Shown one piece after another: positions 9,428 through 19,283 of a stretch of DNA of 64,000 nucleotides. Positions within the stretch are counted from its first letter, which is position 1; every line of letters starts with the position of its first letter. The position numbers and the translations under genes were made by a program. A model generated the notes under the pieces. It saw nothing but the letters and a program-made list of their open reading frames with translations. It searched no databases and had not been told where the DNA came from. The DNA comes from Acidobacteriota bacterium (GTDB lineage Bacteria; Acidobacteriota; UBA890; WLXD01), in contig CAXWPL010000005.1 of NCBI GenBank assembly GCA_963666215.2, positions 1 through 64,000 on the forward strand, in the 5' to 3' direction.

Positions 9428-10941
9428 GGGCCCGCCGCCATCGGAGACTTCTCGGCGCGCTCTCCATCACCCGACTGCGGGAGAGGGGGTGGCTCTGCCA
9501 AGCCGGGGGCGCCACCCGGCGCGCTCGACGCCAGCTCGCGGGCCGCGCGACCGGCATCGTCCATGAGGGACCAGGTGTGCAGACCGTGCTCGGTGACGTC
9601 GACCGCCGCTGGCTCGGCAATCTCTCCGCGCAGCGTGATTGGCTGCCGATCCTCGGTTGCTTGGCCGCCGCCGTTGGATCCACTGGCGATGCTGGCCGCG
9701 GATCCGTTGGTCAGGGCCGCCCGAATCGGGGCGGCCGTGCGCTGCGACCAGTGCGTTGCCGGCCCCGGCGGCGGGTACACGGCGATGACGCGATAGGTCG
9801 CGTCGCGCTGCACCGGCAAGCGTCCGGCTTCGCGGATCAGCTTCACGAGCTTCCGCGTGGTCATCCCCACAGGAGAGCTTGCAAGGGCGGCGTGCGCGAT
9901 CTTCTCCTCGCCAATGGTGCCGTCGAGATCGTCGGCGCCCCACTGCAGTGCCATCGACGCCGACTCTTCGCCGAGCATGACCCAGTACGCCTTGATGTGT
10001 GGAAAGTTGTCGAGCATCAGTCGCGCGGCGGCGATCGTGCGCAGATCCTCGATGGCCGATGCTTGGCGATCGACAATATTGGTGTATCCGGGCTGGAAAG
10101 CCAGCGGGATGAACGAGAGGAACCCGCCCGTACGGTCCTGATGCTCACGCAACATGAGCATGTGGTTGACGCGCTCCTCGTAGGTCTCGATATGACCGTA
10201 GAGCAGCGTCGCGTTGGTACGAATGCCTCGCCGATGCGCCGCGTCGTGGACCTCCAGCCAACGCTCGTGGCCGATCTTTTCGCGATACATCTCCTCGCGC
10301 ACACGCTCCGAAAAAACCTCGGCGCCACCGCCCGGCATGGTTTGCAATCCAGCTGCCTGCAGCCGCTCGAACACCTCGTCCAGAGAGATCTTCGCGATGT
10401 TGGCGAAGAAGTCCATCTCCACTGCGGTGAACGCCTTGATCTGCACCGTCGGGTTGACGCGGCGGATCTCCCGGAGCATTTCCTCGTAGTACTCGAACGG
10501 CCAACTGGGGTGCAGTCCGCCAACGATGTGCACCTCGCGGATCGGGTTCTTCTCCGGATCCACCTTCTCGAGGATCTGCGCCATCGACATCTCGTAAGCG
10601 TCGTCGTCCCCGATCTTGGTGGCGAAGTCGCAGAACTTGCACGGCAACACGCAGACGTTCGTCGGGTTGATCTGACGATTGAGCACAAAGGTCACGAACG
10701 GGCCCGTACGCGCTTCCTTGACGGCGTTGGCGAGACGCCCGAGGCCCATGACGTCGTGCGTCTTGAACAGCGTCAGGCCGTCATCGGCGTCGAGCCGCTC
10801 GCCGGCAGCGAGCTTGCTGGCGACGCTGCGCAGGCGTGGATCGCGCATCGGCGCGAGCTTGCTAATCACGCCTGCCAGCTGCGGAACAGCCGTCTCGCCA
10901 ACCGCCCCGGGTGTTGTCGGAATGTCTTGATCGCGCTGCAT
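9424..10941 (-). CDS. mqnE: aminofutalosine synthase (radical SAM) with long C-terminal tail
   Basis: INPTNVCVLPCKFCDF, EVHIVGG, KAFTAVE, PGGGAEVF, NATLLYGHIE, HIKAYW, DLDGTIGEEKIAH. Confidence 0.92.
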   Translation of the reverse strand: MQRDQDIPTTPGAVGETAVPQLAGVISKLAPMRDPRLRSVASKLAAGERLDADDGLTLFKTHDVMGLGRLANAVKEARTGPFVTFVLNRQINPTNVCVLPCKFCDFATKIGDDDAYEMSMAQILEKVDPEKNPIREVHIVGGLHPSWPFEYYEEMLREIRRVNPTVQIKAFTAVEMDFFANIAKISLDEVFERLQAAGLQTMPGGGAEVFSERVREEMYREKIGHERWLEVHDAAHRRGIRTNATLLYGHIETYEERVNHMLMLREHQDRTGGFLSFIPLAFQPGYTNIVDRQASAIEDLRTIAAARLMLDNFPHIKAYWVMLGEESASMALQWGADDLDGTIGEEKIAHAALASSPVGMTTRKLVKLIREAGRLPVQRDATYRVIAVYPPPGPATHWSQRTAAPIRAALTNGSAASIASGSNGGGQATEDRQPITLRGEIAEPAAVDVTEHGLHTWSLMDDAGRAARELASSAPGGAPGLAEPPPLPQSGDGERAEKSPMAAGP

Positions 10942-10946
10942 GGTGG

Positions 10947-12860
10947 CTAGTCTATTCCGTATTCTGACCACCTGCGATTCACCCGATCGACGACCTCGGG
11001 ATCCATCACGAGCGGCTCCGGATACCCCGGCTTGAAGGTAGCGTCGATGCCCATCGGACCCTGGCAGGTGGTCCATGGCCCGCGCCTGTCGATGTGCCGA
11101 AAAAGCACGTCGCGGGCGCAGTCGAAGCGCGTAAAGATACCCCACAGCAGCTCGTCTTGGCTGCCCAGATCGACGTCGTCGCTGACCGCGGCCACCAGTC
11201 GCACGGGACCCAGATCCCGGTCCAGCAGGCTGCCGACCACCTGCCTCGCGTCGCCGCGAATCTTGACCACGAGCAAACAGTCCTGCAGCGCGCGAAATTC
11301 GGTGACGCGATCGTCAAGTTGGCGCGCATCGGGTACCGCGGCCCGCGTAGAGCCTGCAGCCGGCCCGTCGGACGACGGCGATCGTCCGGCCTCCGAACCG
11401 GCAAGCTCGGCCATGATCTCGCGAGCCGCCGCCGGATCGCCGATCGCCGCACGCACCGCCTCGGCGTCGGCCCCAGGCGCAGCGTGCAGCGCGCCGGCTC
11501 CGCCCGCCGGCCCCGAGGTGGCGTCGATCACCATCTTGCTCCCCAGGTTCATCTGGAAGCTGGTGAAATCGAGCGTGTCGAGCGGCGTCCCCGGCAGGAG
11601 CATGAAGTCGCGGGCCGGCTCGAAGTTGTCGCGCACAGCAGCGAGGACCTCTCCGAAATCCCGCGCGTTGACCTCGGCGTCGACGAGCACCAGGCACTTG
11701 GTGAGTGCCAGTTGCCCGGTGCCGAGCAGCGCCAACGCCGTCTTGACCGCCTCTTTGTAGAAGCGTTGCCGAACCGAGACCACCAGCAGGTTGTGGAACC
11801 CGGCCTCGAAGTAGGCCCAGACGTCGTCGATCTCGTGGTAGATGACCTTGATCAACGGGCCAATGATGTCCTGCGTCGCGTTGCCGATGTACTTGTCTTC
11901 CTGCGGCGGTTTGCCGACCACGGCGCCGAGGTACATCGCGTCGCGTCGCTTCGTAACGCGGCTGATTTCGAACACCGGGAACGGAGCAGCGTGCGAGTAG
12001 TGGCCGAAGTGATCACCGAACGGCCCCTCCATGCGACGCTCGTGCGGCCGAACCACGCCCTCGAGAACGATCTCGGCGTTCGCCGGGACGTCGATCGCGA
12101 CCGATTTGCAGCGCACCATCTTGCAGGGGGCCCGCCGCAGGATTCCGGAGAACCCGATCTCGTCCATCCCCTCGGGCAGAGCCATGACCGCGCTGATCAG
12201 CAATGCCGGGTCGACCCCGAGCGCTACGGCAACCTCCAAAGGACGACCCATCTCCTCGGCACGGGCGTAGTGGAAGCCGCCTCCCTTGAGAATCTGCCAG
12301 TGCATCCCGGTGCTGGTGGCGTCGTGCACGTGCATCCGGTACACACCGGTGTTGCGCTCGCCGGTGACCGGATCGCGGGTGATCACCAGCCCGAAGGTGA
12401 TGAAACGGCCACCGTCCCCCGGCCAGCAGGTTTGCACCGGCAGAGCACCGAGGTCGACGGCGCGCCCGCCCTCGCCGTCGACGATTTCGTGGCAGGCGGC
12501 CTGGCGAACGCGCGTTGTGCGCATGGGAAGCAGCTGCATCAGGTTGCTGCGCAGGCCCCACAGCGCCCGGGGACTCGGTGGATTGGCTCGCTGCGCGGTC
12601 TCGAGCAGCATCGCGCCGATCGCCTCGGGCGGACGGCCCAGTGCGAGCTCCACTCGCCTGGCGGTGCCCAGCGGATTGATGAGCAGCGGCATGTCGCTGC
12701 CGACAGGGCTCTCGAACAGCAGCGCCGGGCCGCCGCTGCGGACCACGCGCGTGGCGATCTCGGTGATTTCCAGCCTTGGATCGACGGGCACACGAACACG
12801 CCGGAGCTCCCCAGCTGTTTCTAGCGCCTGAACGAATCCGCGCAGATCAGAGAACGGCAT
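10947..12860 (-). CDS. ubiD: UbiD-family prFMN decarboxylase, long menaquinone type (MqnL)
   Basis: MPFSDLRGF, WPGDGGRFIT, EGPFGDHFGHY, VGKPPQED, PLDTLDF; duplicated C-terminal module. Confidence 0.93.
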   Translation of the reverse strand: MPFSDLRGFVQALETAGELRRVRVPVDPRLEITEIATRVVRSGGPALLFESPVGSDMPLLINPLGTARRVELALGRPPEAIGAMLLETAQRANPPSPRALWGLRSNLMQLLPMRTTRVRQAACHEIVDGEGGRAVDLGALPVQTCWPGDGGRFITFGLVITRDPVTGERNTGVYRMHVHDATSTGMHWQILKGGGFHYARAEEMGRPLEVAVALGVDPALLISAVMALPEGMDEIGFSGILRRAPCKMVRCKSVAIDVPANAEIVLEGVVRPHERRMEGPFGDHFGHYSHAAPFPVFEISRVTKRRDAMYLGAVVGKPPQEDKYIGNATQDIIGPLIKVIYHEIDDVWAYFEAGFHNLLVVSVRQRFYKEAVKTALALLGTGQLALTKCLVLVDAEVNARDFGEVLAAVRDNFEPARDFMLLPGTPLDTLDFTSFQMNLGSKMVIDATSGPAGGAGALHAAPGADAEAVRAAIGDPAAAREIMAELAGSEAGRSPSSDGPAAGSTRAAVPDARQLDDRVTEFRALQDCLLVVKIRGDARQVVGSLLDRDLGPVRLVAAVSDDVDLGSQDELLWGIFTRFDCARDVLFRHIDRRGPWTTCQGPMGIDATFKPGYPEPLVMDPEVVDRVNRRWSEYGID

Positions 12861-12861
12861 C

Positions 12862-13569
12862 TCAGTCGTCGGGCGCGCGATCGACGCCGGAGTCGGAATC
12901 GACCGCTGCGATCGGGCTCGCCGGGCTCGCTGTGGTGTCCGCCGACGAAGAGCTGTCGACGGCCTCCTCATTGGAGCCGAGCAGGGTCTCCGCGCGCCAG
13001 GCGAGCCTCGGCTCGCCCCCGATTGCCATCACGATCTTGTCGACGAAGTGCTCGACGAGCTCCTCGAGATCGGCTGGACGGTGGTAGAAGCCGGGCGATG
13101 CCGGCAAGATCACCACGCCGTCGCGCGACAGACGAGCCGCGTTCTCCAGAGCGTTCGTCGGCCACGGCGCTTCGCGCACCACCAACACCAGCCGGCGTCG
13201 CTCTTTGAGCGCCACCATCGCGGCTCGTGTGACCAGCGAGTCGGCCAGCCCGGTGGCCACCTTCGCCATCGTGCTCAGCGAGCATGGCGCGATAACCATC
13301 GCGTCGAAGGAATTCGAGCCCGAGGCAAAAGGGTTGGCCAGGTCCTTGTCCGAGAACACCCGCTCCACCAGCGGCTCGAGGTCGCGCTCGGTCAGGCCGG
13401 TCTCCTCGCGCAACACCATACGTCCCCAGCTCGAGAGAACGAGGTACACCTCGCCAAGCGAGCGACGAAGCAGCGCCACGGCGTAGGGGGCTCCGGATGC
13501 CCCCGTGACGGCAACCAGCACACGGGGCCGTCTGGTGCCTGGATCAGGCGACGGGCGGCTTGTCGACAT
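12862..13569 (-). CDS. ubiX: UbiX flavin prenyltransferase
   Basis: AVTGASGAPY, ASGS, APCSLST, LKERRRLVLVVRE, PASPGFYHRP. Confidence 0.95.
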   Translation of the reverse strand: MSTSRPSPDPGTRRPRVLVAVTGASGAPYAVALLRRSLGEVYLVLSSWGRMVLREETGLTERDLEPLVERVFSDKDLANPFASGSNSFDAMVIAPCSLSTMAKVATGLADSLVTRAAMVALKERRRLVLVVREAPWPTNALENAARLSRDGVVILPASPGFYHRPADLEELVEHFVDKIVMAIGGEPRLAWRAETLLGSNEEAVDSSSSADTTASPASPIAAVDSDSGVDRAPDD

Positions 13570-13605
13570 CGAGCTGCAGTCGGAGAGGTTCGAACATTTG
13601 TAGTT

Positions 13606-14460
13606 TCAGCCGCTCAGCGTGCCCGCGACCACCACCGCGAAAACGAGGAAGCCGACAACCAGATTCAAGTGGAAGAAAGCCAGATTCACCCGGCTCGCGA
13701 GGCGCTGCTCGGCCAGCAGTACCAGGCCAACGACAACAATCCCGGCCAATGCGAGTCCACCGTCGAGATGGCGGCCGTACAGTACCACCAGCGATGCGAC
13801 TCCCACGGCGTGGGTAGCCGCGGAGATCCACAGCGCGCGCTCGCGGCCGAATCGAGCCGGCAGGCTCTGAATCCCATGCTCGCGATCGTGGTCCTCGTCG
13901 AGTGTCGCGTAGATGATGTCGAAGCCAGCCACCCACATCCACGTGAACCCGGCGAGCCAAAGGGCGGCCTCTATGTCTTCGAGCGTCCCACGCACCGCCA
14001 CGTAGGCGCCCAGAGGCGCCAGGGCCAGCGCCAAGCCGACACCGAAATGCGCCAGCGGAGTGACCCGCTTGAGGTACGGGTAGAAGACGAAGACGAAGAC
14101 GGGCACCGGCGAGAGTAACCAGCAGATAGGCGGTAGCTGGCTGCACGCGACGCCATACGCCAACGCACCCGCAAGCGCGATTCCCCGTCCCTCGGCCACC
14201 GTCATGCGGCCGGCTGGAAGCTCGCGATCGCGCGTGCGGGGATTCAAGGCATCAATGCGGTGATCGATGAGCCGGTTGAGCGCCAGCGCCAGGGTCCGCG
14301 CGCCAGCGCCGGCGAGAGTGATCCAGCCGAGCACGCCCCAAGCCGGTCGCCCGCCCGCGGCGAGCACTGCGCCGCCGCAGAGCACCGGCAGCGAGAAGAG
14401 CGTGTGCTCGATTTTGACGAAGGCCGCCCAGATGGCGGCGCGGTCGAGCGCTGCGCGCAT
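13606..14460 (-). CDS. ubiA: UbiA-family polyprenyltransferase (MqnP-like)
   Basis: KIEHTLFSLP, NRLIDHRIDALNPRT, FDIIYATLDEDHD. Confidence 0.92.
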   Translation of the reverse strand: MRAALDRAAIWAAFVKIEHTLFSLPVLCGGAVLAAGGRPAWGVLGWITLAGAGARTLALALNRLIDHRIDALNPRTRDRELPAGRMTVAEGRGIALAGALAYGVACSQLPPICWLLSPVPVFVFVFYPYLKRVTPLAHFGVGLALALAPLGAYVAVRGTLEDIEAALWLAGFTWMWVAGFDIIYATLDEDHDREHGIQSLPARFGRERALWISAATHAVGVASLVVLYGRHLDGGLALAGIVVVGLVLLAEQRLASRVNLAFFHLNLVVGFLVFAVVVAGTLSG

Positions 14461-14530
14461 GTACGGAATCAGCCAGATGGAAGCGCGATCGTCAGAGGGC
14501 GCCTGTGGGCCAACCTGTGGGTCGAGAAAA

Positions 14531-15637
14531 TCAGGCTGGGAGATCGATGTCGATGACGACCTTACCGAACTGGCTAGCGGAGCGTAGATAGCTCAGCGCC
14601 TTGGCCGTCTCGTCGAGCGGGAACACGCGATCGACTACCGGCCGCAATCCGCCGCTGGCGGCGGTAGCGACGACCGCTCGGAAGTCGGCCTCGTTCCCCA
14701 TGGTCGAGCCCATGACCGTCAGATGGCCCCAGAACAGGCGGCGCACGTCAACCGGTAGGTCAGGCCCAGTCGTGCCGCCACACGTCACAATGACCCCTCC
14801 CTTGCGGCAGGCGCCAATGCTCGTGGCGAACGTCGCCGTCCCGACGTTGTCGACGACCACATCCACTCCCCGCCGTGCGGTGACAGCCCGCACCAAGGTA
14901 CCGATCTTCTGCCGCTCGTAGTTCCAGGCCTCTACCGCGCCGAGCTCGACCGCGCGCTCGAGCTTGGCGTCGCTGTGGCTGCTGACGAATACCGTAGCCC
15001 CGGCGCGCACGGCGATCTGCAGGGCCGCCAGGCTCACGCCCCCGCCGATGCCGTGGATGAGCACGGTTTGGCCGGGCGCCAACCGCGCACGCGTAATCAG
15101 CATGCGCCAGGCGGTGAGCGTCGCCAGCGGCAACGCGGCGGACTCGCTCCAGCTCAGAGCCATCGGACGTGGATGACAGTTGATGGCGGGAACCACGACC
15201 GCCTCGGCGAACGTCCCATCGACGTGCTCGCCGAGCAGACGGTACGTCAAGCAGGTGCTCTGCTCCCCGGCCATGCAGAACTCGCAGCGGCCACACCAGA
15301 GCCCCGGATTGAGAATCACCTCGTCACCAACCTCGATGCCGCGTACGCCGCTGCCGAGAGCCTCGACAACGCCCGCTCCGTCGGCGCCCATGACATGCGG
15401 CATGGGCATTTCGATGCCCGGGATGCCCGAGACAACGAACAGGTCGAGATGATTGAGCGCCGCGGCGCGCAGCCGCAGACGCACGTCGCCTGGTCCGGGC
15501 GCTGCGACCTCGATCGAGTCGATCCTAATGCCGTCGCCGGCGGCGACCTCATCGAGGTCGCCGTGACGATGCAGCCGAGCGGCACGAGCCTGGAGCGGTT
15601 GAGGCTCGGAATCAGGCGTCCCGAGTCGACGGATCAA
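14531..15637 (-). CDS. MDR-superfamily zinc-binding dehydrogenase / quinone-oxidoreductase-like
   Basis: AALNHLD, PHVMGADG, CGRCEFC..C structural Zn site, GIGGGVS Rossmann motif, FGKVVI; start uncertain. Confidence 0.88.
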   Translation of the reverse strand: MIRRLGTPDSEPQPLQARAARLHRHGDLDEVAAGDGIRIDSIEVAAPGPGDVRLRLRAAALNHLDLFVVSGIPGIEMPMPHVMGADGAGVVEALGSGVRGIEVGDEVILNPGLWCGRCEFCMAGEQSTCLTYRLLGEHVDGTFAEAVVVPAINCHPRPMALSWSESAALPLATLTAWRMLITRARLAPGQTVLIHGIGGGVSLAALQIAVRAGATVFVSSHSDAKLERAVELGAVEAWNYERQKIGTLVRAVTARRGVDVVVDNVGTATFATSIGACRKGGVIVTCGGTTGPDLPVDVRRLFWGHLTVMGSTMGNEADFRAVVATAASGGLRPVVDRVFPLDETAKALSYLRSASQFGKVVIDIDLPA

Positions 15638-15647
15638 CTCTGCCGAA

Positions 15648-17033
15648 TCAGGCGTCGACGTAGCCCTCGCGCGCCCGAATGCTCAGCCCACCAATCTTGC
15701 CGCGGACCTCGATCTTGTAGAACTGGTCGGGGTCGCCTCCCTCGTGATACGGCGGTGAATCGCCAATCACGTAGCGCAGCGCGGTGTCGTTGTCGATGTG
15801 GGCGAACATGTCGGCGAAGTTGTAGCTGTTGACAAACGCCATGCCGCCGGTCCCCGCCGCCATCGCGTTGAGGCCTTCTTGCTGGTCGCGATGGATGATG
15901 CCCTGCAGGTTGACGCTCAGATTCGATGGACGCTGGCTCTCGATGCCCGTCTTGCCACCCGCCTCAGCGGGACCACGCGTGCTCACGGCGTACACCATGT
16001 AGTTCTGCCGATTGAGCTTGCCGATGGTCCGCCGGAGGTAGTTGGCGATGCTCGACGCGCTGCTCGAGCGGAACGAGATCGGATCGCTCGAGGTCACGCC
16101 CTGCGAGCTCGCCGATAGCATCACCTGCTCGAAGCGCTCGTTCACGATATGGAAGAAATTGCTGCCCGGGTTCAGCGGAATGCCCGAAGAGACGAGCACC
16201 ATCACTTTCGGTCCGGGGACGGGGTAGGCCCTGTTGAGGTGCGTGGCGAGCGAGGTCAGCGAGTCGAGTGTGTACAGAACTTCCTGCTTGCGCTGTCCGG
16301 CAAACGCCCGCGCCAAGGTGGCACCGTGCCGCAACTGGTTCGCCTCGCTGGCGGCATCGCTCGAGGCCGGACCATCCACGGGTATCACGGCGCCGGTGGC
16401 AAGATCCTCGAACAGAACGGTTCGGATCTGCTCCTCGTAGGCAGCCTCGCGGGCGGTGATCATCGAGCCGCTCACCAGATTCTCGATCACCGGGAGCATC
16501 ACGGCCGGATCGGAAGTGAACTCGGGAGCCACCATCAGGCGTCGCTCCGATGTGAGCACTGCCACCAGCACGCGATCGTTATCGGAGAGCCCGCGCACGT
16601 AGTCGATGAGCGCGGGCTTCATGCGAGCCCATTCGGAGGGCGCTGTGTTGTAGGCGTCGATGATCAGCACCAGGTGACGCGGCAGAATCAGCGAGCTCTC
16701 GACGTCGACCTCGGTGAAACCCTCGCGGACGAGCGGCGCGGTGGTGGGCGGCAGCTCCTTTCGGAAGCGTTCGAGCGCGAAGAAGGAAACGTTCACCGGC
16801 TGGCCGTCTTCGTAGACCTCGAAATCGTCCTGCGTCAGCCCTTGAACGAAACGGCCCTGGCGATCCTTGACAATCACGTCCACCAGCACCATCCCGGTCT
16901 CCGACCGGAACACAGGTGCCTGCTGCGATGGGCGGCTCTGCCCCTGAGCGCCGCTCGCCAGCCCACTGCTCAAGGCTGCCACCAACGCCACAAGGGGAAC
17001 CACGTACCGAGTCGCTGTGCGGTGTCGCTTCAT
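15648..17033 (-). CDS. exported VWA-domain protein (Acidobacteria VWFA-type)
   Basis: Signal peptide, PVFRSET.MVLVDVIVKD..G.FV.GLT.DDFEVYEDG, K.MVLVSSG, MAAGTGG, RAREGY. Confidence 0.88.
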   Translation of the reverse strand: MKRHRTATRYVVPLVALVAALSSGLASGAQGQSRPSQQAPVFRSETGMVLVDVIVKDRQGRFVQGLTQDDFEVYEDGQPVNVSFFALERFRKELPPTTAPLVREGFTEVDVESSLILPRHLVLIIDAYNTAPSEWARMKPALIDYVRGLSDNDRVLVAVLTSERRLMVAPEFTSDPAVMLPVIENLVSGSMITAREAAYEEQIRTVLFEDLATGAVIPVDGPASSDAASEANQLRHGATLARAFAGQRKQEVLYTLDSLTSLATHLNRAYPVPGPKVMVLVSSGIPLNPGSNFFHIVNERFEQVMLSASSQGVTSSDPISFRSSSASSIANYLRRTIGKLNRQNYMVYAVSTRGPAEAGGKTGIESQRPSNLSVNLQGIIHRDQQEGLNAMAAGTGGMAFVNSYNFADMFAHIDNDTALRYVIGDSPPYHEGGDPDQFYKIEVRGKIGGLSIRAREGYVDA

Positions 17034-17256
17034 CGCGTGCATGCCTCTGGTCGTACCCGTGGCGACGATCGCACGAGGTCGATCGCGCACAAGCGTTTTC
17101 AGGTGTGCGGGAGGATGGCGGGGAGCGCAACCGTGATGGGCCCATTCTATGGACGCAGAGCCCGATTCGCCAAGCGGGGACGACGGCAACCCCATCGACC
17201 CGCGCCGCTCGCGGCTTCACTTGTCGATGCCGCGGGTCGTGTCGCGAAATCGAACG

Positions 17257-18978
17257 CTATCGCACCTCGATTCCATGGCTGTCGGTCAACGAACCGGTAG
17301 AGCGTCGCAGCTCGGCTTCGGCAAGGCGGTAGTCAATCAAGCTGCGCAGCTCGTTGGTGCGGGCCTGTGCCAACTGCTCCTGGAAGTCGAGAACCTCAAA
17401 ATTCGTCGTCATTCCGACTTCGAAGCGCGCCTGCTCGATCTCGAGCTGCCGTTCGGCGAGCTCGCGCGCTTTGCCGCCTGCGTGCCAGCGCTGCGACGCC
17501 GTGTCGAGAGCGCGAAGGGCCTGACGCACCTGCAGCACAACCTGCTGCTCGCGACGGACGAGCTCTGCCCGAGCTTTGTCCTGGTTGAGCGTCGCTCGAG
17601 CGTAGGCGCCACGCGCCTCCCGGTTTCCCACGGGAACGCTGACATTGACTCCAACGCGCCAGGTCAGGAAGTCGAGCTGAAAAAGCTGCCGCGCGGCGTC
17701 GCCGTAGCCGCCAGCGACGACGTCGATAATGGGCCCACCGAAGCCCTCCCTGGTGACCTTGTCGCCACCAATGCCGTTCCAGCTCACGGCGCCCACCAGA
17801 TCGAACTTCGGCATCAACGCGTTGCTGGCGGCTTCACTCTCCACGCCGCGCGTGGCGATGGACGCTCTGGCCTCCGCGATCTCCGGCCGCGAGCGTAGCG
17901 CCGCAGTGACCGCCTCGGCCTCGTCCATTTCTCTCTGCGTCACGCTGGGCTCTTCCGTGAGCGACAAGTCGGTTTGCCAACCAGCGGGCAACTGATCGGC
18001 GCGCAACACGGCGCGCAACGCATCGTGCGCATCGCCCAAAGCACCGCGCGCCACGATGAGGTCACTTTCACGGTTGGCGACGGCAACCTCGGCTTGCGTC
18101 TGCTCGACCGGCGGAATGAAACCGACCTCGACCTGAGCCCGCGTGCGCTCGAGCTGCTCGAAAGCCAGGGCCAGCGTCTGCTCTTTGACCTCCAGATTGC
18201 GCGCCGCAAACACGGCCTCCCAGTAGGCGCGCTCGACCTGCATGAGCACTTCAAGCACCCGCGCCTGGAGCGTGGCGCGACTCACATCCACGTTGGCGCG
18301 CGCCACCAACAGCGTGGAGGCGGCGCCGTTCTTGCCACGACCGCGCAACAGCGGCTGGACAACAGACAGCGTGAGCGTGTTGTTCCAGCTTGGGTTGAAA
18401 CTCTGGAAGATGCTGTTGGAGTCGGTGCGCGACAGGCTGTATCCGAGGTCGTAGCGCAATCCCTTAGCCGTCTGCTGGCCGAACGACAACAGCGTCGCCC
18501 AGCCCGAGGTGGTCGAAACCGAGGCACCGGTCAACGTGCTGCTGGCCGGCAACTCGCTGCTCGAGAACCCGAACCCGCCGGCGCCGGTCGCGCCGCCGAA
18601 GCCGCCGCCGCCAGGGAGCGGCAACAGATTGGGCGCGTCGGGCGTGCCGAACGTGAACTTGGGCTCGAAGCGGCCGCGCGCCTCGGTCACCCTCTCCTCG
18701 GAAATCGAGCGGTCGTAGCGTACGACTCTCAGGTCCAGGTTGTTCTGAAACGCCAGCCGCACCGCGTCGATCAAGCTCAGTGCGACCGTGTCATCCACAC
18801 CGGCCGCGGCGGCGGGCCCGGGATCAGGATCGACCTGTGCGGCCACCACGGATGGCCCCGCCACGGTCGACGCCACAGCGGCCAGCAGAATGACGCCAGG
18901 TCGAAGGCGCCATTGGCTGCGAGGCGAGCGCCGTGAACGGGAACTCCGGGAGGGAGAAAAGAGGGCATCCAGGCTCAT
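17257..18978 (-). CDS. TolC-family outer membrane protein
   Basis: LSLIDAVRLAFQNN, QPLLRG, VERAYW, ARFEVGMTTNFEVL; start uncertain. Confidence 0.88.
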   Translation of the reverse strand: MSLDALFSPSRSSRSRRSPRSQWRLRPGVILLAAVASTVAGPSVVAAQVDPDPGPAAAAGVDDTVALSLIDAVRLAFQNNLDLRVVRYDRSISEERVTEARGRFEPKFTFGTPDAPNLLPLPGGGGFGGATGAGGFGFSSSELPASSTLTGASVSTTSGWATLLSFGQQTAKGLRYDLGYSLSRTDSNSIFQSFNPSWNNTLTLSVVQPLLRGRGKNGAASTLLVARANVDVSRATLQARVLEVLMQVERAYWEAVFAARNLEVKEQTLALAFEQLERTRAQVEVGFIPPVEQTQAEVAVANRESDLIVARGALGDAHDALRAVLRADQLPAGWQTDLSLTEEPSVTQREMDEAEAVTAALRSRPEIAEARASIATRGVESEAASNALMPKFDLVGAVSWNGIGGDKVTREGFGGPIIDVVAGGYGDAARQLFQLDFLTWRVGVNVSVPVGNREARGAYARATLNQDKARAELVRREQQVVLQVRQALRALDTASQRWHAGGKARELAERQLEIEQARFEVGMTTNFEVLDFQEQLAQARTNELRSLIDYRLAEAELRRSTGSLTDSHGIEVR

Positions 18979-19283
18979 CGAAACTGCTCCACGCGAGGCG
19001 CGCGCTTCGGTATCGGGTATGGAAATGCGAATCCTACCGCGTGTCGCCTTGGCCGCGCCCCTGTCCGCCGTCGGCCTCCACTGTCCGTCATCGACGACTG
19101 CTGTCCGAGCCCGAACACTTTGAGGCCGGCGAGGCCGGCGAAACGACGCCGACGAAGGCCGTGCCTGTGTACAATACCCACGGGCTGTGAGGGCCGCGCT
19201 TGCCCTCGTTTGAACGGATAGATCGTGAGCCACTCCGGACGACGCCGGGCGGTCCGACATTGGACCCTAAGGAGATTGAGTCG

